From: the human T2T-CHM13v2.0 reference genome, Homo sapiens | Direction: 5' to 3' (one strand) | NCBI RefSeq assembly: GCF_009914755.1 | Contig: NC_060933.1 | DNA: 64,000 nt | In this document: positions 29,601 through 43,600 of the stretch, one piece after another | Numbering within the stretch: position 1 is the stretch's first letter | How the letters are laid out: every line of letters begins with the position of its first letter | The notes under the pieces: generated by a model | What the model saw: only the letters and a program-made list of their open reading frames with translations | What the model was told of the DNA's origin: nothing | Database searches by the model: none | Translations under genes and position numbers: made by a program

Positions 29601-31337
29601 TCCATTCAATTCCATTCCATTACAATTCGTTCCATTCCATTCTATTCCCTACCATTCCATTCCATTCCATACCATTCCATTCCATTCCATTCCATTCCAT
29701 TCCATTCCGTTCCATTCCGTTCCATTCCATTCCATTCCATTCTATTCGGGTTAATTCCATTCCATTCCATTCCATTCCATTCCATTCCATTCCATTCCTT
29801 TCCATTCCATTACGGATGATTCCATTCCATTGTATTCCATTCCATTCCATTCCCCTGTACTCGGGTTGTTTCCATTCCATTGCATTCCAATCCATTCCCT
29901 TCCACTCGTGTTGATTCCATTCTTTCCATTCCATTCAAGTTGAATCCATTCCATTGCATTCCATTCAATTCGATTCCATTCGATTGCACTCGGGTTGATT
30001 CCATTCCATTGCATTCCATTCCATTCCATTCCATTCCATTCCATTCCATTCCATTCCGTTCCATTCCATTCCATTCCATTCGGATTGATTCTATTCAATT
30101 CCCTTACACTCCATTACATTCCATTCCATTCGGGTAGTTTCCATTCCATTCCATTCCATTCCTCTCCATTCCATTGCACTCGGGTTGATTCCATTCCATT
30201 GCATTCCATTCCATTCCATTCAATTCCATTCCGTTCCATTCCATTCCATTCCATTCGGATTGATTCTATTCAACTCCCTTACTCTCCATTACATTCCATT
30301 CCATTCGGGTTGTTCCATACCATTCCATTCCATTCCACTCCATTCCATTGCACTCGGGTTTATTCCATTCCATTCCATTCCATTCCATTCCATTCCGGAA
30401 GATTCCATTCCATTGCATTCCATTCCATTCCATTCCATTCCAATCGAGTTGATTCCATTCCATTGCATTCCATTCCATTCCACTCCATTCCAGTCCTTTC
30501 CATTCCATTCCACTCGGGTTGATTCCAATGTATTCCTTTCCATTCCATTCCATTCCATTGCAATCGAGTTGATTCCATTGCTTTGCATTCCATTCCATTC
30601 CATTCCATTCCGGATGATTCCATTCCATTGCATTCCATTCCATTCCATTCCCCTGCACTCGGGTTGATTCCATTCCATTCCACTCCATTCCGTTCCATTC
30701 CATTCCATTCCATAGTATTCAGGTTAATTCCATTCCATTCCATTCCATTCCATTCCATTACAATCGAGTTGATTCCATTCCATTCCATTCCATTCCATTC
30801 CATTCCAGTCCTTTCCATTCCATTCCACTCGGGTTGATTCCATTCTATTAGTTTCCATTCCATTCCATTCCCTTCCATTCCACTCTGGTTGATTCCATTC
30901 CTTTCCATTCCATTTAATTCCATTCCATTCCATTCCATTCCATTCCAATCCGTTCCATTCCATTCCATTCTATTCCACTGCAATCGACTTGATTCCGTTC
31001 CATTCCATTCTATTCCATTCCATTCTATTCCATTCCATTCCATTCCATTCCATTTTGTTCCAATTCATTCTATTCCGAACCATTCCATTCCATTCCATTC
31101 CATTCCATTGCATTCCATTCCATGCCATTCCACTCGGGTTGATTCCATTCCATTCCATTCCATTCCATTCCATTCCATTCCATTCCATTCCTTTCCATTC
31201 CATTTCATTACATTCATTTTGATTCTATTCAATTCCCTTACACTCCATTATATTCCAATCCATTCTGGTTGTTTCCATTCCATTCCATTCCATTTCACTC
31301 CATTCCATTGCACTCGGTTTGATTCCATTCCATTCCA
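26613..31337 (+). repeat. ~4.71 kb higher-order unit, copy 3 of 3
   Basis: Offsets of 4699-4709 to copy 2. Private variants near 26821 (CTCCGGTTT), 27922 (CCGCTCC) and 29896 (CCATTCCCTT for CCATGCCCTT). After CGGTTTGATT at 31315 the sequence continues into CCGGATGATT (as at 14150-14190) rather than a fourth copy. Confidence 0.92.
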
Positions 31338-34300
31338 TTCCATTCCATTCCGGATGATTCCATTCCATTGCATTGCATTCCATTCCATTCCCCTGCACTC
31401 AGGTTGATTCCATTCCATTCCATTCCACTCCATTCGGTTCCGTTCCATTCCATTCTATTGCATTCCATTCTATTCGGGTTAATTCCATTCCATTCTATTC
31501 CATTCCATTCCATTCCATTCCATTGCAATGGAGTTGATTCCATTCCATTCCATTCCATTCCGGATGATTCCATTCCATTGCATTCCATTCCATTCCATTC
31601 CCCTGCACTCGTGTTGATTCCATTACCTTCTATTCCATTCCATTCCGTTCCATTCCATTGCATTCCATTCTATTCCGGTTAATTCCATTCCATTCCATTC
31701 CATTCCATTCCATTCCATTCCATTGCAATCGAGTTGATTCCATTCCATTCCTTTCCATTCCATTCCATTGCCTTGCATTCCAATCGGGTTGATTCCATTC
31801 CCTTCTTTCCACTCCATTACATTCCCTTCCATTCCACTCGGAATGATTGATTATATTTCATTCCATTCCATTTCATTCCATTGCAATCCATTCCAATCCA
31901 TTCCATTCCATTCCACTCGAGTTGATTTCATTCCATTCCTTTCCATTCCATTCCATTCCTTTCCATTCGAGTTGATTCCATTCCATTCCATTCCATTGCA
32001 TTCCATTCCATGCCATTCCACTCGGGTTGATTCCATTCCTTTGCATTCCATTCCATTCCATTCCATTCCATTCCATTCCATTCCATTCCGTTGCATTCCA
32101 TTCCATTACATTCCGATTGATTCTATTCAACTCCCTTACTCTCCATTACATTCCATTCCATTCGGGTTGTTCCATTCCATTCCATTCCATTCCACTCCAT
32201 TCCATTGCACTCGGGTTGATTCCATTCCATTCCATTCCATTCCATTCCATTCCATTCCGGATGATTCCATTCCATTGCATTCCGTTCCATTACATTCCCC
32301 TGCACTCGCGTTGATTCCATTCCATTCCATTCCATTCCATTCAATTCCATTCCATTACAATTCGTTCCATTCCATTCTATTCCCTACCATTCCATTCCAT
32401 TCCATACCATTCCATTCCATTCCATTCCATTCCATTCCATTCCGTTCCATTCCGTTCCATTCCGTTCCATTCCATTCTATTCGGGTTAATTCCATTCCAT
32501 TCCATTCCATTCCATTCTATTCCATTCCATTGCAATCGAGTTGAATCCATTGCATTTCATTCCATTCCATTCCATTCCATTCCGGAAGATTCCATTCCAT
32601 TGCATTGCATTCCATTCCATTCCCCTGCACTCGCGTTGATTCCATTCCGTTCCATTCCATTCCATTCCATTCCATTCCATTCCGTTCCTTTCCGTTCCGT
32701 TCCATTCCATTCCATTCCATTCCATTCCGTTCCGTTCCATTCCATTCCATTCCATTCCATTCTATTCGGGTTAATTCCATTCCATTCCATTCGATTGCAA
32801 TCGTGTTGATTCCATTCCATTCCATTCCATTCCATTCCATTCCATTCCATTCCATTCCTTTCCATTCCATTACGGATGATTCCATTCCATTGCATTCCAT
32901 TCCATTCCATTCCCCTGTACTCGGGTTGATTCCATTCCATTGCATTCCAATCCATGCCCTTCCACTCGTGTTGATTCCATGCTTTCCATTCCATTCAAGT
33001 TGAATCCATTCCATTGCATTCCATTCCATTCGATTCCATTCCATTCCATTCCGTTTCATTCCATTCCATTACATTCGGATTGATTCTATTCAATTCCCTT
33101 ACACTCCATTACATTCCATTCCTTTCGGGTAGTTTCCATTCCATTCCATTCCATTCCTCTCCATTCCATTGCACTCGGGTTGATTCCATTCCATTGCATT
33201 CCATTCCATTCCATTCAATTCCATTCCGTTCCATTCCATTCCATTACATTCTAATTGATTCTATTCATCTCCCTTAGTCTCCATTACATTCCATTCCATT
33301 CGGGTTGTTCCATTCCATTCCATTCCATTCCACTCCATTCCATTGCACTCGGGTTGATTCCATTCCATTCCATTCCATTCCATTCCATTCCATTCCATTC
33401 CGGAAGATTCCATTCCATTGCATTCCATTCCATTCCATTCCCCTGCACTCGCGTTGATTCCATTCCATTCCATTCCATTCCATTCCATTCCACTCCATTC
33501 CATTGCACTCGGGTTGATTCCATTCCATTCCATTCCATTCCATTCCATTCCATTCCGGATGATTCCATTCCATTGCATTCCGTTCCATTACATTCCCCTG
33601 CACTCGCGTTGATTCCATTCCATTCCATTCCATTCCATTCAATTCCATTCCATTACAATTCGTTCCATTCCATTCTATTCCGTACCATTCCATTCCATAC
33701 CATTCCATTTCATTCCATTCCATTCCATTCCATTCCATTCCGTTCCACTCCGTTCCATTCCATTCCATTGCATTCTATTCGGGTTAATCCCATTCCATTC
33801 CATTCCATTCCATTCTATTCCATTCCATTGCAATCGAGTTGAATCCATTGCATTTCATTCCATTCCATTCCATTCCATTCCGGAAGATTCCATTCCATTG
33901 CATTCCAATCCATGCCATTCCCCTGCACTCGCGTTGATTCCATTCCATTCCATTCCATTCTATTCCATTCCATTCCTTTCTGTTCCGTTCCATTCCATTC
34001 CATTCCATTCCATTCCATTCCATTCCATTCCATTCCATTCCGTTTCATTCCATTCCATTCCATTCTATTTGGGTTAATTCCATTCCATTCCATTCGATTG
34101 CAATCGTGTTGATTCCATTACATTCCATTCCATTCCATTCCATTCCTTTCCATTCCATTACGGATGATTCCATTCCATTGCATTCCATTCCATTCCATTC
34201 CCCTGTACTCGGGTTGATTCCATTCCATTGCATTCCAATCCATGCCCTTCCACTCGTGTTGATTCCATTCTTTCCATTCCATTCAAGTTGAATCCATTCC

Positions 34301-34690
34301 ATTGTATTCCATTCCATTCGATTCCATTCGATTGCACTCGGGTTGATTCCATTCCATTGCATTCCATTCCATTCCATTCCATTCCATTCCATTCCATTCC
34401 GTTCCATTCCATTCCATTACATTCGGATTGATTCTATTCAATTCCCTTACACTCCATTACATTCCATTCCATTTGGGTAGTTTCCATTCCATTCCATTCC
34501 ATTCCTCTCCATTCCATTGGACTCGTGTTGATTCCATTCCATTGCATTCCATTCCATTCCATTCAATTCCATTCCGTTCCATTCCATTCCATTACATTCG
34601 GATTCACTCTATTCAACTCCCTTACTCTCCATTACATTCCATTCCATTCGGGTTGTTCCATTCCATTCCATTCCATTCCACTCCATTCCA
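31315..34690 (+). repeat. Right flank block, direct paralog of 14150-17240, with ~330 bp of extra sequence at ~32500-32830
   Basis: Same rare words in the same order. The offset changes from 17165 to ~17435-17460 across the indel region. Confidence 0.85.
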
Positions 34691-37600
34691 TTGCACTCGG
34701 GTTTATTCCATTCCATTCCATTCCATTCCATTCCATTCCATTCCATTCCATTCCGGAAGATTCCATTCCATTGCATTCCATTCCATTCCATTCCCCTGCA
34801 CTCGCGTTGATTCCATTCCATTCCATTCCATTCCATTCCATTCCTTTCCGTTCCATTCCATTCGATTCCATTCCATTCCATTCCATTCCGTTCCGTTCCG
34901 TTCCGTTCCATTCCATTCCATTCCATTCTATTCGGGTTAATTCGATTCCATTCCATTCGATTGCAATCGAGTTGATTCCATTCCATTCCATTCCATTCCA
35001 TTCCATTCCATTCCATTCCGGATGATTCCATTCCATTGCATTCCATTCCATTCCATTCCCCTGCACTCGGGTTGATTCCATTCCATTCCACTCCATTCCG
35101 TTCCATTCCATTCCATTCCATTGTATTCGGGTTAATTCCATTCCATTCCATTCCATTCCTTTTCAGTCCTTTCCATTCCATTCCACTCGGGTTCATTCCA
35201 TTCTATTACTTTCCATTCCATTCCATTCCCTTCCACTCCACTCTGGTTGATTCCAATCCTTTCCATTCCACTCGAATACATTCCCTCCTATTCCACTCGG
35301 AACGATTCCATTCCATTCCATTCCATTCCATTCCATTCCATTCCATTCCATTCCATTTCGTTCCATTCCATTCTATTCCGTATCATTCCATTCCATTCCG
35401 TTCCATTCCATTCCATTCCATTCCACTCGTGTTGATTCCATTCCTTTCCATTCCATTCCGTTTGAAGGCATTCCATTCCATTCCATTCCATTCCATTGCA
35501 TTCCATTCCATTCCATTCCATTGTACTCGGGTTGATTCCATTCCATTGCATTCCGTTCCATTCCATTCCGTTGCATTCCATTCCATTACATTCGGATTGA
35601 TTCTATTCAACTCCCTTACTCTCCATTTCATTCCATTCCATTCGGGTTGTTCCATTCCATTCCATTCCATTCAACTCCATTCCATTGCACTCGGGTTGAT
35701 TCCATTCCATTCCATTCCATTCAATTCCGGATGATTCCATTCCATTGCATTCCGTTGCATTACATTCCCCTGCACTCGCGTTGATTCCATTCCATTCCAT
35801 TCAATTCCATTCCATTACAATTCGTTCCATTCCATTCTATTCCGTACCATTCCATTCCATTCCATACCATTCCATTCCATTCCATTCCATTCCATTCCGT
35901 TCCATTCCGTTCCATTCCATTCCATTCCATTCCATTCTATTCGGATTAATTCCATTCCATTCCATTCCATTCCATTCTATTCCAATCCATTGCAATCGAG
36001 TTGAATCCATTGCATTTCATTCCATTCCATTCCATTCCATTCCATTCCGGAAGATTCCATTACATTGCATTCCATTCCATTCCATTCCCCTGCACTCGCA
36101 TTGATTCCATTCCATTCCATTCCATTCCATTCCATTCCGTTCCGTTCCATTCCATTCCATTCCATTCCATTCCATTCCGTTCCATTCCATTCCATTCCAT
36201 TCTATTCGGGTTAATTCCATTCCATTCCATTCGATTACAATCGAGTTGATTCCATTCCATTCCATTCCATTCCATTCCATTCCATTCCTTGCCATTCCAT
36301 TACGGATGATTCCATTCCATTGCATTCCATTCCATTCCATTCCCCTGTACTCGGGTTGATTCCATTCCATTCCATTCCAATCCATGCCATTCCACTCGTG
36401 TTGATTCCCTTCTTTCCATTCCATTCAAGTTGAATCCATTCCATTGCATTCCATTCCATTCGATTCCATTCGATTGCACTCGGGTTGATTCCATTCCAAT
36501 GCATTCCATTCCATTCCATTCCATTCCATTCCATTCCATTCCATTCCGTTCCATTCCATTCCATTACATTCGGATTGATTCTATTTAATTCCCTTACAGT
36601 CCATTACATTCCATTCCATTCGGGTAGTTTCCACTCCATTCCATTCCATTCCTCTCCATTCCATTGCACTCGGGTTGATTCCATTCCATTGCATTCCATT
36701 CCATTCCATTCAATTCCATTCCGTTCCATTCCATTCCATTACATTCGGATTGATTCTATTCAACTCCCTTACTCTCCATTACATTCGATTCCATTCGGGT
36801 TGTTCCATTCCATTCCATTCCATTCCACTCCATTCCATTGCACTCGGGTTGATTCCATTCCATTCCATTCCATTCCGGAAGATTCCATTCCATTACATTC
36901 CATTACATTCCATTCCCCTGCACTCGCGTTGATTCCATTCCATTCCATTCCATTCCATTCCATTCCATTCCGTTCCATTCGTTTCCGTTCCATTCCATTC
37001 CATTCCATTCCGTTCCGTTCCGTTCCGTTCCGTTCCATTCCATTCCATTCCATTCTATTCGGGTTAATTCCATTCCATTCCATTCGATTGCGATCGAGTT
37101 GATTCCATTCCATTCCATTCCATTCCATTCCATTCCATTCCATTCCTTTCCATTCCAATACGGATGATTCCATTCCAAAGCATTCCATTCCATTCCATTC
37201 CCCTGTACTCGGGTTGATTCCATTCCATTCCATTCCAATCCATGCCATTCCACTCGTGTTGATTCCATTCTTTCCATTCCATTCAAGTTGAATCCATTCC
37301 ATTGCATTCCATTCCATTCGATTCCATTCGATTGCACTCGGATTGATTCCATACCATTGCATTCCATTCCATTCCATTTCATTCCATTCCATTCCTTTCC
37401 ATTCCATTCCATTCCATTCCATTGCAATCGAGTTGATTCCATTCCATTCCATTCCATTCCATTCCATTGCAATCGAGTTGATTCCATTCCATTCCTTTCC
37501 ATTCCATTCCATTGCCTTGCATTCCAATCGGGTTGATTCCATTCCCTTCTTTCCACTCCATTACATTCCCTTCCATTCCACTCGGAATGATTGATTCCAT

Positions 37601-40600
37601 TCCATTCCATTCCATTTCATTCGGTTGCAATCCATTCCAATCTATTCCATTCCATTCCATTCCACTCGAGTTGATTTCATTCCATTCCTTTCCATTCCAT
37701 TCCATTCCTTTCCACTCGAGTTGATTCCATTCCATTCCATTCCATTGCATTCCATTCCATGCCATTCCACTCGGGTTGATTCCATTCCTTTGCATTCCAT
37801 TACATTCCATTCCATTCCATTCCTTTGCATTCCATTCCATTACATTCGGATTGATTCTATTCAACTCCCTTACTCTCCATTACATTCCATTCCATTCGGG
37901 TTGTTCCATTCCATTCCATTCCATTCCACTCCATTCCATTGAACTCGGATTGATTCCATTCCATTCCATTCCATTCCATTCCATTCCATTCCATTCCATT
38001 CCGGATGATTCCATTCCATTGCATTCCGTTCCATTACATTCCCCTGCACTCGCGTTGATTCCATTCCATTCCATTCCATTCCGTTCAATTCCATTCCATT
38101 ACAATTCGTTCCATTCCATTCTATTCCGTACCATTCCATTCCATTCGATACCATTCCATTCCATTCCATTCCATTCCATTCCGTTCCATTCCGTTCCATT
38201 CCGTTCCATTCCATTCCATTCCATTCCATTCTATTCGGGTTAATTCCATTCCATTCCATTCCATTCCATTCCATTCTATTCCATTCCATTGCAATCGAGT
38301 TGAATCCATTGAATTTCATTCCATTCCATTCCATTCCATTCCATTCCATTCCGGAAGATTCCATTCCATTGCATTCCATTCCATTCCATTCCCCTGCACT
38401 CGCGTTGATTCCATTCCATTCCATTCCATTGCATTCCATTCCGTTCCGTTACATTCCATTCCATTCCATTCTATTCGGGTTAATTCCATTCCATTCCATT
38501 CGATTGCAATCGAGTTGATTCCATTCCATTCCATTCCATTCCATTCCTTTCCATTCCATTACGGATGATTCCTTTCCATTGCATTCCATTCCATTCCATT
38601 CCCCTGTACTCGGGTTGATTCCATTCCATTGCATTCCAATCCATGCCCTTCCACTCGTGTTGATTCCATTCTTTCCATTCCATTCAAGTTGAATCCATTC
38701 CATTGCATTCCATTCCATTCGATTCCATTCGATTGCACTCGGGTTGATTCCATTCCATTGCATTCCATTCCATTCCAATCCATTCCATTCCCTTCCATTC
38801 CATTCCGTTCCATTCCATTCCATTACATTCGGATTGATTCTATTCAATTCCTTTACACTCCATTACATTCCATTCCATTCGGGTAGTTTCCATTCCATTC
38901 CATTCCATTCCTCTCCATTCCATTGCACTCGGGTTGATTCCATTCCATTGCATCCCATTCCATTCCATTCAATTCCATTCTGTTCCATTCCATTCCATTA
39001 CATTCGGATTGATTCTACTCAACTCCCTTAGTCTCCATTCCATTCCATTCCATTCGGGTTGTTCCATTCCATTCAATTCCATTCCACTCCATTCCATTGC
39101 ACTCGGGTTTATTCCATTCCATTCCATTCCATTCCATTCAATTCCATTCCATTCCGGAAGATTCCATTCCATTGCATTCCATTCCATTCCTTTCCGTTCC
39201 ATTCCATTCCATTCCATTCCATTCCATTCCGTTCTGTTCCGTTCCATTCCATTGCATTCCATTGTATTCGGGTTAATTCCATTCCATTCCATTCCATTCC
39301 ATTCCATTCCATTCCATTCCATTGCATTCCATTACAATCGAGTTGATTCCATTCCATTCCATTCCATTCCAGTCCTTTCCATTCCATTCCACTCGGGTTG
39401 ATTCCATTCTATTAGTTTCCATTACATTCCATTCCCTTCCATTGTATTCGGGTTAATTCCATTCCATTGCATTCCCTTCCATTCCACTCTTATTGATTCC
39501 ATTCCTTTCCATTCCACTCGAATACATTCCCTCCTATTCCACTCGGAACGATTCTATTCCATTCCATTCCATTCCATTCCATTCCATTCCATTCCATTTC
39601 GTTCCATTACATTCTATTCCGTATCATTCCATTCCATTCCATTCCATTCCATTCCATTCCGTTCCATTCCATTCCATTCCATTCCATTCCATTGTACTCG
39701 GGTTGATTCCATTCCATTGCATTCCATTCCATTCCATTCCATTCCATTCCGTTGCATTCCATTCCATTACATTCGAATTGATTCTATTCAACTCCCTTAC
39801 TCTCCATTACATTCCATTGCATTCGGGTTGTTCCATTCCATTCCATTCCATTCCACTCCATTCCATTGCACTCGGGTTGATTCCATTCCATTCCATTCCA
39901 TTCCATTCCATTCCATTCCATTCCATTCCATTCCATTCCGGATGATTCCATTCCATTGCTTTCCGTTCCATTACATTCCCCTGCACTCACGTTGATTCCA
40001 TTCCATTCCATTCCATTCAATTCCATTCCATTGAATTCCATTCCATTACAATTCCTATCATTCCATTCTATTCCGTACCATTCCATTCCATTCCATACCA
40101 TTCCATTCCAATCCATTCCATTCCATTCCATTCCATTGCGTTCCGCTCCGTTCCTTTCCATTCCATTCCATTCCATTCTATTCGGGTTAATTCCATTCCA
40201 TTCCATTCGATTGCAATAGAGTTGATTCCATTCCATTCCATTCCATTCCATTCCATTCCTTTCCATTCCATTCCATTCGGATTCATTGTATTCAATTCCC
40301 ATACACTCCATTACAATCCATTCGATTCGTGTAGTTTCCATTCCATTCCATTCCATTCCTCTACATTCCATTGCACTCGGGTTGATTCCATTCCATTCCA
40401 TTCCATTCCATTCCATTCCATTCCATTCCATTCCATTCCATTCCGGATGATTCCATTCCATTGAATTCCATTCCATTCTATTCCCCTGCACTTGGGTTGA
40501 TTCCATTCCATTCCATTCCATTCCTTTCTGTTCCATTCCATTCCATTCCATTCCATTCTATTCGTGTTAATTCCATTCCATTCTATTCCATTGCAATCGA

Positions 40601-43600
40601 GATGATTCCATTGTTTTGCATTCCATTCCATTCCATTCCATTCCGGATGATTCCATTCCATTGCATTCCATTCCATTCCATTCCCCTGCACTCGGGTTGA
40701 TTCCATTCCATTCCACTCCATTCCATTCCATTCCATTCCATTCCATTGTATTCGGGTTAATTCCATTCCATTCCATTCCATTCCATTCCATTCCATTACA
40801 ATCGAGTTGATTCCATTCCATTCCATTCCATTCCAGTCCTTTCCATTCCATTCCACTCGGGTTGATTCCATTCAATTAGTTTCCATTACATTCCATTCCC
40901 TTCCATTGTATTCGGGTTAATTCCATTCCATTCCATTCCATTCCATTCCATTCCATTCCATTACAAACGAGTTGATTCCATTCCATTCCATTCCATTCCA
41001 GTCCTTTCCATTCTATTCCACTCGGGTTGATTCCATTCTATTAGTTTCCATTCCATTCCATTCCCTTCCATTCCACTCTGGTTGATTCCATTCCTTTCCA
41101 TTCCACTCGAATACATTCCCTCCTATTCCACTAGGAACGATTCCATTCCATTCCATTCCATTCCATTCCATTCCATTCCATTCCATTCCATTCCATTCCA
41201 TTTCGTTCCATTCCATTCTATTCCGTATCATTCCATTCCATTCCATTCCATTCCATTCCATTCCATTGTACTCGGGTTGATTCCATTCCATTGCATTCCA
41301 TTCCATTCCATTCCATTCCATTCCGTTGCATTCCATTCCATTACATTCGGATTGATTCTATTCAACTCCCTTACTCTCCATTACATTCCATTCCATTCGG
41401 GTTGTTCCATTCCACTCCATTCCATTCCACTCTATTCCATTGCACTCGGGTTGATTCCATTCCATTCCATTCCATTCCGGATGATTCCATTCCATTGCAT
41501 TCCGTTCCATTACATTCCCCTGCACTAGCCTTGATTCCATTCCATTCCATTCCATTCCATTCCATTCCATTCCATTACAATTCGTTCCATTCCATTCTAT
41601 TCCGTACCATTCCATTCCATTCCATACCATTCCATTCCATTCCATTCCATTCCATTCCATTCCATTCCGTTCCATTCCGTTCCATTCCATTCCATTCCAT
41701 TCCATTCCATTCCATTCCATTCCGTTCCATTCCGTTCCATTCCATTCCATTCCATTCTATTCGGATTAATTCCATTCCATTCCATTCCATTCCATTCTAT
41801 TCCATTCCATTGCAATGAAGTTGAATCCATTGCATTTCATTCCATTCCATTCCATTCCATTCCATTCCGGAAGTTTCCATTCCATTGCATTCCATTCCAT
41901 TCCATTCCCCTGCACTCGCGTTGATTCCATTCCATTCCATTCCATTCCATTCCGTTCCGTTCCATTCCATTCCATTCCATTCCGTTCCGTTCCATTCCAT
42001 TCCATTCCATTCTATTCGTGTTAATTCCATTCCATTCCATTCGATTGCAATCGAGTTGATTCCATTCCATTCCATTCCATTCCATTCCATTCCATTCCAT
42101 TCCATTCCATTACTTTCCATTCCATTACGGATGATTCCATTCCATTGCATTCCATTCCATTCCATTCCCCTGTACTCGGGTTGATTCCATTCCATTCCAT
42201 TCCAATCCATGCCATTCCACTCGTGTTGATTCCATTCTTTCCATTCCATTCAAGTTGAATCCATTCCATTGCATTCCATTCCATTCGATTCCATTCGATT
42301 GCACTCGGGTTGATTCCATTCCATTGCATTCCATTCCATTCCATTCCATTCCATTCCATTCCATTCCATTCCTTTCCATTCCATTCCATTACATTCGGAT
42401 TTATTCTATTCAATTCCCTTACACTCCATTACATTGCATTCCATTCGGGTAGTTTCCATTCCATTCCATTCCATTCCTCTCCATTCCGTTGAACTCGGGT
42501 TGATTCCATTCCATGCATTCCATTCCATTCCATTCAATTCCATTCCGTTCCATTCCATTCCATTACATTCGGATTGATTCTATTCAACTCCCTTACTCTC
42601 CATTACATTCCATTCCATTCGGGTTGTTCCATTCCATTCCATTCCATTCCACTCCATTCCATTGCACTCGGGTTGATTCCATTCCATTCCATTCCATTCC
42701 ATTCCATTCCGGAAGATTCCATTCCATTGCATTCCATTCCATTCCATTCCCCTGCACTCGCGTTGATTCCTTTCCATTCCATTCCATTCCATTCCATTCC
42801 GTTCCGTTCCGTTCCGTTCCATTCCATTCCATTCCATTCCATTCCATTCCATTCTATTTGGGTTAATTCCATTCCATTCCATTCCATTGCAATCGAGTTG
42901 ATTCCATTCCATTCCATTCCATTCCATTCCATTCCATTCCATTCCTTTCCATTCCATTACGGATGATTCCATTCCATTGCATTCCATTCCATTCCATTTC
43001 CCTGTACTCGGGTTGATTCCATTCCATTCCGTTCCAATCCATGCCATTCCACTCGTGTTGATTCCATTCTTTCCATTACATTCAAGTTGAATCCATTCCA
43101 TTGCATTGCATTCCATTCGATTCCATTCGATTGCACTCGGGTTGATTCCATTCCATTCCATTCCATTCCATTCCATTCCATTCCGTTCCATTCCATTCGA
43201 TTACATTCGGATTGATTCTATTCAATTCCCTTTCACTCCATTACATTCCATTCCATTCGGGTACTTTCCATTCCATTCCATTCCATTCCTCTCCATTCCA
43301 TTGCACTCGGGTAGATTCCGTTCCATTGCATTCCATTCCATTCCATTCAATTCCATTCCGTTCCATTCCATTCCATTACATTCGGAATGATTCTATTCAA
43401 CTCCTTTACTCTCCATTACATTCCATTCCATTCGGGTTGTTCCATTCCATTCCATTCCATTCCACTCCATTCCATTGCACTCGGGTTGATTCCATTCCAT
43501 TCCATTCCATTCCATTGCGGAAGATTCCATTACATTGCATTCCATTCCATTCCATTCCCCTGCACTCGCGTTGATTCCATTCCATTCCATTCCATTCCAT

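Noticed and set aside
11840-31337. Assignment to Y-chromosome DYZ1 because of the ~3.5 kb sub-period
   Set aside because: The period is local and interrupted, and the array is rich in pure CATTC runs and the CGGGTTG decamer, unlike the more degenerate, uniformly periodic DYZ1 unit. An alignment is needed for any chromosome call.
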